The position numbers and the translations under genes are program-made. The notes under the pieces are model-generated. The model searched no databases. It saw only the letters and a program-made list of their open reading frames with translations, and had not been told where the DNA came from. From Candidatus Dormiibacterota bacterium (GTDB lineage: Bacteria; Chloroflexota; Dormibacteria; Aeolococcales; Bog-877), in assembly GCA_027306655.1 (NCBI GenBank), contig DAHUZL010000143.1:10645-74644 (forward strand): a stretch of 64,000 nucleotides of DNA. Direction: 5' to 3'. Of this stretch, positions 35,351 to 44,849 are shown one piece after another. Each line of letters begins with the position of its first letter. Position 1 is the first letter of the stretch.

Positions 35351-37948
35351 GTGCGCCATCTCACAATCCGCGATCGTTTCCTCGACTTCTTCACCGCCCG
35401 CGGGCACCAGCGCATCGCCAGCGCCTCGCTCGTGCCGGAGCACGACCCGAGCCTGCTCCTGGTGAGCGCGGGCATGGTGCCGCTCAAGCCGTACTTCCTC
35501 GGCCAGCGCCTCCCTCCGGGACCGCGGCTGGTCTCCTGCCAGAAGTCGTTCCGCACCAGTGACATCGAGGAGGTGGGACGGACCCCCCGCCATGACACCT
35601 TCTTCGAGATGCTGGGCAACTTCAGCTTCGGCGACTACTTCAAGGAGGAGGCGATCGGACTCGCCCGGTCCTTCCTGGTCGACGACCTGGGCCTCGACCC
35701 CGCCCGCCTCCACCCGAGCGTCCATCCCGACGACCAGGCGGCGCGGTCGGCGTGGACGGCGATCGGCGGCGTTCCCCCGGACCGGGTGGTGGCGCTCGCG
35801 GACAACTTCTGGCAGGCGGGGGACACCGGGCCCTGCGGTCACGACAGCGAGGTCTACTACGACCTCGGCCCCGCCGCCGCCCGCGGCCCCGACGACCGTC
35901 CGGGGGTGGGCGACCGCTTCCTCGAGCTGTGGAACCTGGTCTTCATGGAGTACGACCGGGACGCCGACGGCGGGCTCGCCCCCCTTCCGCGCACCGGGGT
36001 CGACACCGGGATGGGGCTGGAGCGGATCGCCATGGTGCTGCAGGGGGTGGACTCGATCTTCGAGACCGACCTGTTCCGGCCGCTGGTCCTCCATTTCGCG
36101 GAGCGCGCCGGCCGCGACCCGGAGGCGGCCCCGGCCGCGGACCGGCGCCACCTGCGGGTCCTCGCCGACCATTCCCGGGCGGTGACGATGCTCCTCGCCG
36201 ACGGGGTCGTGCCCGGCAACGAGGGTCGCGGGTACGTCCTCCGCCGGCTGGTGCGGCGCGCGCTGGTCCATGCCCGCGGCCTCCGACTGGAGGGGGGGCT
36301 GGTGCCCGCGGTGGCGGTGGTGGAGGAGGGGCTGGGCCGCGTCTACCCGGACCTGGGCCCGGCCCGACCGGCCGTGGAGGCTCAGCTGGCGGCCGAGGAG
36401 CGCCGCTTCGAGGAGACGCTGGCGCGCGGCCTCGAGCAGTTCGACGCGGCGAGCGCCCGGGCCACCGCCGGAACGGTCGCGGGGGCCGACGCGTTTCGAC
36501 TCCATGACACGTACGGATTCCCCCTGGAGCTGACGGTGGACCTCGCCGCCGAGCGGGGCCTGGAGGTCGACCGGGCCGGCGCGCTCAGCCTGCTGGCGGC
36601 CCAGCGCGAGCGGGGCCGCACCGCCCGTGCGGGGCCGGGCGGCCCGACCGGGGGCGCCTGGGAGGGCCCGGCCGCGGGCCGGGCGACGCCGCCCGCCGAC
36701 CGTCCGGCGACGGCCGCGGTCCCCGACGACGTGCTGGAGGCGGAGGGACGGGTGCTGGCGGTGGGCCCGGGGCCCGACGGGACGCTGGAGGTGTGGCTGG
36801 ACCGCAGTCCCTTCTACCCGGAGGGCGGCGGCCAGGTGGGCGACCGCGGCTGGATCCGCTGGCCCGAGGGCGCCGCGCGGGTCCTCGACACGAGGCCGGC
36901 CGGGCCCGGCCGCATCCACGTCGTGCGGCTGGAGCGGGGCGCGCTCACCCCGGAGACGGCGGTCACCGCCAGCGTCGACCCGGACTGGCGCGCCCAGTGC
37001 GCTCGCCACCATTCCGCGACCCACCTTCTCAACGCCGCGCTCCGGGCGGTGCTGGGGCCGGCGGTGGTGCAGCGGGGCTCGACGGTCGGGCCCGAGCATG
37101 CCACCTTCGACTACAGCAGCCCGGCCCCGCCCACCGCCTCCGAGCTGGACCGGGTGCTCGATGGGGTCGCGGCCGCGGTCCGGGCCGACCTGGAGCGCCG
37201 GGTGGAATGGCTGTCCCTCGCGGAGGCGCGCGCCAGCGGCGCGGTGGCGCTGCCCGACGAGGCCTACGCCGACCGGGTGCGGGTGGTGAGCTTCGGCGAG
37301 GTGTCCCGGGAGCTCTGCGGCGGCACTCACGTGCGCCGCTCGGGTGAGATCGGAGCGGTCCTGCTCACCGGGGAGCGCAGCATCGGCAGCGGCGTTCGCC
37401 GGGTCGAGCTCGCCGCCGGCACCGCCGCCGACCAGCGCTGGCGCTCCGAGCACGACGCCCTCCGCCGCGCCGGCGTCGCCCTGGGGGTGCCCGGACTCGA
37501 GGTGCCGGAGCGCCTGTCCCAGCTGCTGGCGGAGGTCCAGCGCCTGGAGCGGGCCGGTCGGGACGCTCGGCGGGCGGCCCTCGGGGAGGCCGGGGCGGCG
37601 GTCCGGGAGGAATGGGTGGGGTCCCAGCGCCTGGTGGTGCGGGAGCTCGCCGCCGGCGAGGCGGCGCGCGAGCTGCGGGAGGCGGCCGACCGCCTCCTCG
37701 ACGGGCGCGACTCCGCGGTGGCGCTGGTCTTGGCCGGAAACCGCCTGGTCCTCAAGGTGACCCCCCCGCTGGTCGCCGACGGCATCCGGGGCGGCGCCCT
37801 CGCCCGGGCGGCCTGCGAGGCCGCCGGCGGGCGTGGGGGCGGCAGCGACCAGCTCGGCTCCGGGGAGGTGGATGCCGGCCGGCACGAGCAGGCGATCGGG
37901 GCGGTGCGCGCGGCGCTGGCGGCGGATGGCCGGGGCGGCGACCGATGA
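35351..37948 (+). CDS. alaS: Alanine--tRNA ligase
   Basis: N-terminal catalytic domain (FLDFFTARGHQRIASASLVP; FFEMLGNFSFGDYFKEEAI), editing domain HxxxH (HSATHLL), C-terminal DHHA1-like region. 865 aa. Confidence 0.95.
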   Translation: MRHLTIRDRFLDFFTARGHQRIASASLVPEHDPSLLLVSAGMVPLKPYFLGQRLPPGPRLVSCQKSFRTSDIEEVGRTPRHDTFFEMLGNFSFGDYFKEEAIGLARSFLVDDLGLDPARLHPSVHPDDQAARSAWTAIGGVPPDRVVALADNFWQAGDTGPCGHDSEVYYDLGPAAARGPDDRPGVGDRFLELWNLVFMEYDRDADGGLAPLPRTGVDTGMGLERIAMVLQGVDSIFETDLFRPLVLHFAERAGRDPEAAPAADRRHLRVLADHSRAVTMLLADGVVPGNEGRGYVLRRLVRRALVHARGLRLEGGLVPAVAVVEEGLGRVYPDLGPARPAVEAQLAAEERRFEETLARGLEQFDAASARATAGTVAGADAFRLHDTYGFPLELTVDLAAERGLEVDRAGALSLLAAQRERGRTARAGPGGPTGGAWEGPAAGRATPPADRPATAAVPDDVLEAEGRVLAVGPGPDGTLEVWLDRSPFYPEGGGQVGDRGWIRWPEGAARVLDTRPAGPGRIHVVRLERGALTPETAVTASVDPDWRAQCARHHSATHLLNAALRAVLGPAVVQRGSTVGPEHATFDYSSPAPPTASELDRVLDGVAAAVRADLERRVEWLSLAEARASGAVALPDEAYADRVRVVSFGEVSRELCGGTHVRRSGEIGAVLLTGERSIGSGVRRVELAAGTAADQRWRSEHDALRRAGVALGVPGLEVPERLSQLLAEVQRLERAGRDARRAALGEAGAAVREEWVGSQRLVVRELAAGEAARELREAADRLLDGRDSAVALVLAGNRLVLKVTPPLVADGIRGGALARAACEAAGGRGGGSDQLGSGEVDAGRHEQAIGAVRAALAADGRGGDR

Positions 37949-39207
37949 GCCCGCGCCTCCCCGTCATCGGCGGCCGGCCCCGGGCCCGCGGCCACTGGAC
38001 CGCGCTCGACCTCGGCAGCGCCGAGGTCCGGGCGCTGGTGGTGAAGCGGGAGGAGGACCGCGCCGTGGTCCTCGGGGTGGGCCGTGCCGAATCCGACGTC
38101 CCGCTCCCGCCCGGCGGGTCGGCGCCCGAGCTGGCCGAGGTGGTGGCCGCGTGCGACCGCGCGGTCGAGGCCGCCGAGGACATGGCGGGGGTGGTGCCGA
38201 CCCGGGCGGTCATCGGCCTGGCCGGTCCCCAGGTGCGCGGGTTCACCACCTCCGTCGCCCGCGCCCGCCGCCGCCCGACCGAGCGGGTCAGCGCCCGTGA
38301 GCTGGACGACCACGTCGAGGGGGTCCAGCATCGCGCCCTCGCGGAGGCCCGCGCCGCGTTCGCGGACGAGGCGGGGGCGGCGCCGCAGCAGGTCCGCCTG
38401 GTCCACTCGACCATCACCGCCCTGCGCGTCGACGGCGCCCAGGTCGCCGATCCGCTCCGCTACCAGGGCGAGCGGCTCGAGGTCACCGTCTTCAACACCT
38501 TCGCCCTCGCCGGCCAGGTGGCGAGGGTCGAGCGGATCGCCGAGGAGCTCGACCTGGAGCTGGCCGCGACCGTCGCGGTGCCGTACGCGATCGCCCGTGC
38601 CGCCACCACGCAGGAGAGCCTCGAGCGAGGCGCGGTGTTCATCGACGTCGGGGCCGCCGCGACCCAGGTGGCGCTGGTCCGGGGCGGTCTCCTGGAGGCG
38701 ACCCGGGTCTTCGGGCTCGGCGGGCGCGCCTTCACCCGTAAGCTCGCGGCCGACCTCGGGTGCACCCCCGAGGCTGCCGAGCGGCTCAAGCTGGAGCACG
38801 CCCGGGGCGAGCTCCAGGGTGAGGAGCGCACCCGGGTCCACGGCTGCCTCGCGGAGACCGCCGAGGTCCTGGCCCAGGGCGTGGCGCTCACCCTCCACGA
38901 CCTCGCCCAGGGGACGACGCTCCCCGACTCCGTCCGGCTCTGCGGGGGGGGCGCGCTGGTGCCCGAGGTCGCCGAGCAGCTGACCATCCTCCGCTGGACG
39001 GAGTACCTGCCGTTCCTGCAGGCGCCCGCCTTCACCGTCCTCGGTCCCCACGAGCTGCCCGGCGTCCGCGACACCACCGGCATGCTCGCGTCCTGCGCCG
39101 ATGTGGCGGGGATGGGGCTGGCCTACCATGCCGTGGTCCGGGAGGAGCCGGAGGCGGATCTGCTCACCGGTGTCCTGCGGCGGGTCCAGGAGGCGATCGG
39201 CACGTGA
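37945..39207 (+). CDS. Actin-like ATPase of the FtsA/PilM family
   Basis: ALDLGSAEVRALVV (phosphate-1 like), GAVFIDVGAAATQVALVRGG...VFGLGGRAFTRKLAADLGCTPEAAERLK (phosphate-2/adenosine region as in FtsA/PilM). ATGA overlap with alaS stop. Confidence 0.65.
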   Translation: MSPRLPVIGGRPRARGHWTALDLGSAEVRALVVKREEDRAVVLGVGRAESDVPLPPGGSAPELAEVVAACDRAVEAAEDMAGVVPTRAVIGLAGPQVRGFTTSVARARRRPTERVSARELDDHVEGVQHRALAEARAAFADEAGAAPQQVRLVHSTITALRVDGAQVADPLRYQGERLEVTVFNTFALAGQVARVERIAEELDLELAATVAVPYAIARAATTQESLERGAVFIDVGAAATQVALVRGGLLEATRVFGLGGRAFTRKLAADLGCTPEAAERLKLEHARGELQGEERTRVHGCLAETAEVLAQGVALTLHDLAQGTTLPDSVRLCGGGALVPEVAEQLTILRWTEYLPFLQAPAFTVLGPHELPGVRDTTGMLASCADVAGMGLAYHAVVREEPEADLLTGVLRRVQEAIGT

Positions 39208-40928
39208 GCACCCCGCCCACCTACCTCTACGTCGAGCCCGGCGACGAGATCACCGACCTGGTCGACCGGCTGCGCCGGGCCGGCGCCGCCACCGAGCTGG
39301 TCTTCATCCTGCCCGAGGGAGCCCGCGCCCTGCGCACGCCGCTCGACCTCCAGCTGCTCCAGCAGTACGCGCGGGGATTCGGCAAGACGGCGACGATCGT
39401 CGCCGCCGACCCCAGGGTCCAGCGCCTGGCCGTACGCGCCGGCTTCACCGCCTACGGGTCGCTCCCCGGCCCGCCTGGCCCGGCGGCAACCGGCCCGGGG
39501 GCGCCCGGCCCGGCGGAGGCAGGCCCGGCGGGGGCAGGCGGGATCCTGCCGCCCCCTCCCGCCGCCCCGCCCCGGGGGCGGGGCCCGGTCCCGCAGGAGC
39601 CGGCATCGGAGGCGGAGCTGGCGCCCCCGGCGCGGGGCACCGTCGATCCCCCCCCGCGGCGCGGCCGCCGCCTGCGCGCGACCGCGCTCGGGACCGGGGC
39701 GGTGCTCTTCCTGGTGGGGATCCTCGCGATCCTGCTGCTGCTCCCCTCCGCGACGGTGGTGGTTGTGGTGCGGGCGACTCCCCTCCACGACGCCGTGACC
39801 CTGCAGGGCACCACCAGCCCGGCCCAGGCCACCCAGCTCGACTCGGTCGCCACCCAGTCGCTCCTGACCCCGCTGGAACAGGCCCAGTACCGGGCGGTGC
39901 CCACCGGCACCCGACACCTGCCCGGGGCGGCCGCGACCGGGCACGAGACCCTGGCCAGCGACGTGCCGGTCCCGCTCCAGATCGTGCTCCAGCCCGGGAC
40001 CCGGTTTGCCACCTCCGGCGCCCACCCCGAGGTGTTCACGGTGCCCGCCGCCGTGACCGTGGTCATCCCCGCCTGCAGCGGCAGCTGCGGCTCCGGCCAG
40101 TACGGGCCGCCCAGCCAGCCCTTCCCGATCACCGCCGCCGCGGTCGGGAGCCAGGGCAACGTCACCCCGGGCGCGGTCGTCACCTGGGTCGACAACCCCT
40201 GCCTGGCGAGTCCGCCCCCGGCGCAGTGCGCGATCTTCTCGCCCCCCCTGTCGGGGACGTCGTTCGCGGCCGCCAACCCGGAGGCGACCAGCGGCGGGCG
40301 CGATCCGACCAGCGTGACGATCTTCACCGGAGGCGATCTCGCCCTGGTGCGGCGCACCGATCACGCGCTGACCGTGCGCCTGATCCAGCGGGTGCGCCAC
40401 GACCTGCTCGCCGCCGCGGGGTCGTCGCTGATCATGGCGAGCGGCCCGAGCGGGTCGGGGGTGGCGGTCACGGTCACCCAGCCGACCTATCCCCTGGTGG
40501 GGGCGGTGGGCGCGCCGGAGACCCTCACCGTCACCGCCACCGGCGCGGCCACCGCCTACAGCCTCCAGGCGGCGCGACAGGCCGCACTGCGCGACCTGCT
40601 CAGCAAGATCCCGGTCGACGGGGAGCTCCTCGGGCGACCGCGGATCTCGGTCCCGACCGTGGTCCAGGCGGCCCCGGGTGGCTCCCTCACCCTCCAGGCC
40701 ACCGTCACCAGCTCCTGGGCGCCGCGGCTCGACCTCGCCCCCTACGGCGGCGACCTGGTGCTCAAGAGCCCGGGCTCGGCGCGGGCCTTCCTCCTCTCGC
40801 GGGTGCCGTCGGCGGCGTCGGTGCTGATCCGCCAGAGTCCCTTCGCGCTCCCCTGGCTCCCCCTGCTGCGCAGCCGGATCCATGTCGTGCGGCTGGCCCG
40901 GGCCGCCGGCGGGGGGGCCGCCGCCTGA
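39204..40928 (+). CDS. Bitopic membrane protein: cytoplasmic N-domain, Pro-rich linker, single TM, large Thr/Ala/Pro-rich extracytoplasmic domain with 6 Cys
   Basis: GTGA overlap with the upstream ATPase gene. N-domain MSTPPTYLYVEPGDEITDLVDRLRRAGAATELVFILPEGARALRTPLDLQLLQQYARGFGKTATIVAADPRVQRLAVRAGF. TM LRATALGTGAVLFLVGILAILLLL. No family recognised. Confidence 0.6.
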   Translation: MSTPPTYLYVEPGDEITDLVDRLRRAGAATELVFILPEGARALRTPLDLQLLQQYARGFGKTATIVAADPRVQRLAVRAGFTAYGSLPGPPGPAATGPGAPGPAEAGPAGAGGILPPPPAAPPRGRGPVPQEPASEAELAPPARGTVDPPPRRGRRLRATALGTGAVLFLVGILAILLLLPSATVVVVVRATPLHDAVTLQGTTSPAQATQLDSVATQSLLTPLEQAQYRAVPTGTRHLPGAAATGHETLASDVPVPLQIVLQPGTRFATSGAHPEVFTVPAAVTVVIPACSGSCGSGQYGPPSQPFPITAAAVGSQGNVTPGAVVTWVDNPCLASPPPAQCAIFSPPLSGTSFAAANPEATSGGRDPTSVTIFTGGDLALVRRTDHALTVRLIQRVRHDLLAAAGSSLIMASGPSGSGVAVTVTQPTYPLVGAVGAPETLTVTATGAATAYSLQAARQAALRDLLSKIPVDGELLGRPRISVPTVVQAAPGGSLTLQATVTSSWAPRLDLAPYGGDLVLKSPGSARAFLLSRVPSAASVLIRQSPFALPWLPLLRSRIHVVRLARAAGGGAAA

Positions 40929-40960
40929 ACCCGACCCACCGCCGCTGCCCGCCGGGGCGC

Positions 40961-41413
40961 GTGCTGGCGATCGACCCCGGGCGCGTGCGGCTGGGCCTGG
41001 CGCTGTCCGACCCGACCGGGCGGGTCGCCCTTCCCCACGCCACCTGGCCCAGCCGCGGCCCGGGCGCCGACGCGCGCGCGATCGCGGCCCTCGCGGCGAC
41101 GGTCGGAGCCACCCGGATCGTCTGCGGCCTGCCCCGCCGTCTGGACGGCTCGGAGGGGGTGGCGGCGGCGGCGGCCCGGCGGCTGGCGGCGGCGGTCGCG
41201 GACGCCAGCGGGCGGGCGGTGGAGCTCCACGACGAGCGGTTCACCACGGTGGCGGCGGAGCGCGCCCTGGTGGCGGGTGGAGAGCGTCGGGCCGCCCGCC
41301 GGCTCGCCGTGGACCGGGTGGCGGCGGCGATCCTGCTCCAGGGCGTGCTCGGGGGCGCGGGCCGGGGCCAGCTGGTCGTCCCGTCCGGGGCGGCCACCGC
41401 CGGGGAGGGGTGA
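40961..41413 (+). CDS. ruvX: Holliday-junction resolvase-like RuvX/YqgF
   Basis: VLAIDPGRVRLGLALSD...RIVCGLPRRLDGSEG...DERFTTVAAE: YqgF/RuvX fold. Confidence 0.85.
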   Translation: MLAIDPGRVRLGLALSDPTGRVALPHATWPSRGPGADARAIAALAATVGATRIVCGLPRRLDGSEGVAAAAARRLAAAVADASGRAVELHDERFTTVAAERALVAGGERRAARRLAVDRVAAAILLQGVLGGAGRGQLVVPSGAATAGEG

Positions 41414-42435
41414 CGGTGGGTCGCCGCGGATGGGCGGTGCTGGCGGCGGTGGCGGCGCTCGGTCTGGTCGTGGTCGGCCTGGGCCTGGTCGCCCGCGGCG
41501 AGCTGGAGCCGGTCCAGCCCACCCACCGCGAGCGGGTGGTGATCGCGGTCCGGCCCCGGGAATCCCTGGACCAGGTGGTGACCAGCCTGAGCCGCGATCG
41601 GGTCCTGCGCAGCGGCCTGGTCTTCGGGTGGTATGCGCGGCTCCGCGGCCTGCCTCAGGGCCTCCACCCCGGACGTTTCGTCCTCGACCGGGGGATGGGC
41701 GCGTCGGAGGTGATCGCGGTGCTCCTGGGCCCCTCCCAGCCGGCGCCGCGCACGGTCACGATCCCCGACGGTCTGAGCGCCGCCCAGGTGGCGGCGCTCC
41801 TGCAGCGCCAGGGGGTGGTGGCGGCCCGGGACTACCTGGCCCAGGTCGCCCACGGCCTGTTCGCCGGCGAGCGGCCCCTGCCGGGAACCCCGGCCGGCGC
41901 CAGCTGGGAGGGGATCTGCCTGGGCGACACCTTCCAGCTCGCCCGGGGCTCGTCCGCGCACGCGCTGGTGGCGCTCCAGCTCCAGGACTTCGACCGCCGC
42001 CTGCGTCGAGCGCTGCTGGCGGGGGCCGCCGCCGTCCACCTCACCCCCTACCAGGCGGTGGTGCTGGCGTCGATCGTGGGGGCGGAGGCGCCCTCCTCGA
42101 CCGACCGTCGGCGGATCGCGGGCGTCTTCTTCAACCGGCTCAGGCTGGGGATGCCGCTGCAGAGCGACGTGACGGTCCTCTACGCCCTGGCCGAGGCCGG
42201 GCTGCGTCCCGGTCGCCCGCTGCAGACCGGGGTGGCCTCGCCGTACAACACGTACCTGCACCCGGGACTGCCGCCCGGGCCGATCGCCAATCCGGGCGTG
42301 GGGGCCGTCCTTGCGGTGCTCCACCCGCTCGCCTCCCCCGACCTCTTCTTCGTGGCTCTTCCCGACGGCCGGGTCCTCTATGCCGCGACCGCCGCCCAGC
42401 ACCAGCGCCAGGTCCAGGAGGCTGGGCTCGGGTGA
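41410..42435 (+). CDS. mltG: Endolytic murein transglycosylase MltG (YceG family)
   Basis: N-terminal TM anchor, YceG motifs (VTIPDGLSAAQVAALL; PYNTYLHPGLPPGPIANPG). GTGA overlap with ruvX. Confidence 0.85.
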   Translation: MTVGRRGWAVLAAVAALGLVVVGLGLVARGELEPVQPTHRERVVIAVRPRESLDQVVTSLSRDRVLRSGLVFGWYARLRGLPQGLHPGRFVLDRGMGASEVIAVLLGPSQPAPRTVTIPDGLSAAQVAALLQRQGVVAARDYLAQVAHGLFAGERPLPGTPAGASWEGICLGDTFQLARGSSAHALVALQLQDFDRRLRRALLAGAAAVHLTPYQAVVLASIVGAEAPSSTDRRRIAGVFFNRLRLGMPLQSDVTVLYALAEAGLRPGRPLQTGVASPYNTYLHPGLPPGPIANPGVGAVLAVLHPLASPDLFFVALPDGRVLYAATAAQHQRQVQEAGLG

Positions 42436-43106
42436 CCGGGGCGTGGGTCGTGCTCTGGGGGGTGGCCGGCGGGCTCCTCGGCTTCGCGGTGGGGCGTGCC
42501 TGCCTGGTCCTGGAGCGGTCGGAGCGGGTCGGCGACGACGCTGCGGCGGGCGAGCGGATGGGCCCCACCTGGATCGAGGGGTGGATGCTGCCGGCGCTGG
42601 GCGCGATCGGCTTCGCCGCGTTCGCCGACGCCCAGGGGGTGACCTGGCGCCTGCTGGTCCACAGCCTGTGGCTGCTGGTCCTGCTCCTGGTTCTCGCCTT
42701 CGACTTGAAGCATCGGCTCATCCTCGACGTCGTGACCTTCCCAGCCCTGGTCCTGGCGATCCTGCTCGCGCACTGGTCGCCCGGCCTGAGCGCCACCAGC
42801 GCCATCGCCGGCGCCCTCTTCGCGGGGATCGTGCTGCTCCCGCTGGCCGTGGCCAGCGACCTGCTCCAGCGCGGGGCCGGCTTCGGCTGGGGCGATGTCA
42901 AGCTGGGGATGGTGATCGGGGCGATCACCGGGATGAGCTTCAACCTCAACGGGCTGCACACCCTCTGGGCCCTGATCGCGGGCGCGCTGGTGGGTGGGGT
43001 GGTGAGCGCGGCCCTGCTCGCCAGCCGGCGGCTCAGCCTGCGCGACACCATCCCCTACGGCCCCTTCCTCGTCGTCGGGGCCGGCCTGGTGCTGTTCTTC
43101 CTCTGA
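42432..43106 (+). CDS. Prepilin (type IV) signal peptidase, A24 family, no methyltransferase domain
   Basis: Polytopic membrane protein with the A24 motif GFGWGDVKLGMVIG plus a second acidic-residue region. Same position as the 'possible type IV peptidase' between mltG/aroE and aroC in mycobacteria. Confidence 0.75.
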   Translation: MTGAWVVLWGVAGGLLGFAVGRACLVLERSERVGDDAAAGERMGPTWIEGWMLPALGAIGFAAFADAQGVTWRLLVHSLWLLVLLLVLAFDLKHRLILDVVTFPALVLAILLAHWSPGLSATSAIAGALFAGIVLLPLAVASDLLQRGAGFGWGDVKLGMVIGAITGMSFNLNGLHTLWALIAGALVGGVVSAALLASRRLSLRDTIPYGPFLVVGAGLVLFFL

Positions 43107-43152
43107 CCGGGGCGGGGACGCCGGCGCCGCCGAGCGGCCCCCGGGCCGCCCA

Positions 43153-43158
43153 TAGAAT
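43153..43158 (+). promoter_or_regulatory. Putative -10 hexamer (TAGAAT) 6 nt upstream of aroC ATG; likely leaderless transcript
   Basis: cccaTAGAATcgagccATG: TANNNT hexamer spaced 6 nt from the start codon, no SD sequence. Confidence 0.4.
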
Positions 43159-43164
43159 CGAGCC

Positions 43165-44319
43165 ATGTTGCGCCTCCTCACCGCTGGCGAGTCGCACGGC
43201 CCGCAGCTCACGGTGGTCATCGACGGGCTGCCCGCCGGGCTGCGCATCGCGGTGGCCGGGATCGACCGGGACCTCCGCCGCCGCCAGGGGGGCTACGGCC
43301 GCGGGGGCCGGCAGCGGATCGAACGCGACCACGCCCAGATCGTGAGCGGCGTGCGCGGGGGACGCACCCTGGGGTCGCCGGTCACCCTGGTGGTGGCCAA
43401 CCTCGACTGGGACAACTGGCGGCGGCCGATGCAGGTGGAGGCAGCGGGCTTCCAGCCCAAGCCGGTGCGCCGGGTGCGGCCCGGGCACGCCGACCTCGCC
43501 GGCGTGCTGAAGTACGACTTCGACGATGCTCGCAACGTCCTGGAGCGGGCCAGCGCCCGCGAGACCGCGGCGCGGGTCGCGGCCGGCGCGATCGCCAAGC
43601 GCTACCTGACGGAGGCCCTCGGGGTCACGCTCCACAGCTACGTCACCCGAATCGGCGCCGTGGCCGCGACCGTTCCCGCGGTGGTGGAGCCGGCCGCGGT
43701 GGAGGCGTCGCCGGTGCGCTGTCCCGACCCGCTGGCGGCGCGGGCCATGGTGGCGGCGATCGACCGCGCCCGCGCCGAGGGGGACACCCTGGGCGGGTGC
43801 TTCCGGGTCGAGGCCCGCGGCGTCCCCCCCGGGCTCGGGTCCCACCGCCAGTGGGACACCCGTCTCGACGGCCGGCTCGCCCAGGCGCTGTGCAGCATCC
43901 AGGCGGTCAAGGGGGTCGAGATCGGCGATGGCTTCGCCGCGGCCGGCCTGCCGGGGTCGAAGGTGCACGACGAGCCCTGGTACGACGCCGTGGGGCGCCG
44001 CTTCGCCCATCGCACCAACCGGGCCGGCGGGGTCACCGGGGGCATCAGCAACGGCGAGGTGGTGTGGTGCACGGTGGCGGTCAAGCCGATCAGCACCCTG
44101 CTCCGCCCGCTCCGCTCGGTCGACCTCGCCACCAAGGCCGAGGTGAACGCCCACTACGAGCGCAGCGACATCTGCGTGGTGCCGGCGGCGGCCGTCATCG
44201 GCGAGGCGATGATGGCGTGGGTGCTGGCGGAGGCGACCTGTGAGAAGTTCGGCGCCGACTCGATCACCGAGCTGCGCCGGAATGTGCGCGGCTACCGCGC
44301 CCGGCTGCGGCGGCGATGA
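43165..44319 (+). CDS. aroC: Chorismate synthase
   Basis: MLRLLTAGESHGPQL...RRRQGGYGRGGRQRIE...GGISNGE: canonical AroC motifs. Confidence 0.95.
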   Translation: MLRLLTAGESHGPQLTVVIDGLPAGLRIAVAGIDRDLRRRQGGYGRGGRQRIERDHAQIVSGVRGGRTLGSPVTLVVANLDWDNWRRPMQVEAAGFQPKPVRRVRPGHADLAGVLKYDFDDARNVLERASARETAARVAAGAIAKRYLTEALGVTLHSYVTRIGAVAATVPAVVEPAAVEASPVRCPDPLAARAMVAAIDRARAEGDTLGGCFRVEARGVPPGLGSHRQWDTRLDGRLAQALCSIQAVKGVEIGDGFAAAGLPGSKVHDEPWYDAVGRRFAHRTNRAGGVTGGISNGEVVWCTVAVKPISTLLRPLRSVDLATKAEVNAHYERSDICVVPAAAVIGEAMMAWVLAEATCEKFGADSITELRRNVRGYRARLRRR

Positions 44320-44849
44320 CGCCGGCCCCCGCGCGGGTGTTCCTCTGCGGCTTGCCGGGCAGCGGCAAGAGCACGGTCGCCCCGCTCCTCGCGGCGCTGA
44401 TCGGGTGGCGCGCGGTGGACCTCGACGGGGTGGTGGAGGCGCAGGTCGGTCACTCGGTCGGGGAGATCTTCGCCACCGCCGGGGCCCGGTCCTTCCGGGC
44501 CGCCGAGCGGACCGCCCTCCTGGCGGTGCTGGGCGAGCAGCGGGTCGTGGTGAGCCTCGGGGGAGGCGCCCTCGACGACCCCACCAGCCGCGACCGGGTG
44601 GCGGCGGCCGGCGACACCCTCTGGCTGGACGCGCCCGACGCGGTCCTGGCCGCGCGTTGCGGGCGGGAGCCGGGCCGCCGACCGCTCCTCGCCGGCGACC
44701 CGGCGGCCGCCATCCTCCGCCTGCGGGCGCGCCGCGAGCCGATCCTCCGGGCGGCGGGCGCGCGGATCGACACCGCCGGGCTGGAGCCCGACCGGGTGGC
44801 GGCGGCCTGCCTGGCCCGGATCGGACGGACGGCGGAGGACCGGGGGTGA
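44316..44849 (+). CDS. aroK: Shikimate kinase
   Basis: Walker A GLPGSGKSTV, shikimate-binding region. ATGA overlap with aroC. Confidence 0.9.
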   Translation: MTPAPARVFLCGLPGSGKSTVAPLLAALIGWRAVDLDGVVEAQVGHSVGEIFATAGARSFRAAERTALLAVLGEQRVVVSLGGGALDDPTSRDRVAAAGDTLWLDAPDAVLAARCGREPGRRPLLAGDPAAAILRLRARREPILRAAGARIDTAGLEPDRVAAACLARIGRTAEDRG

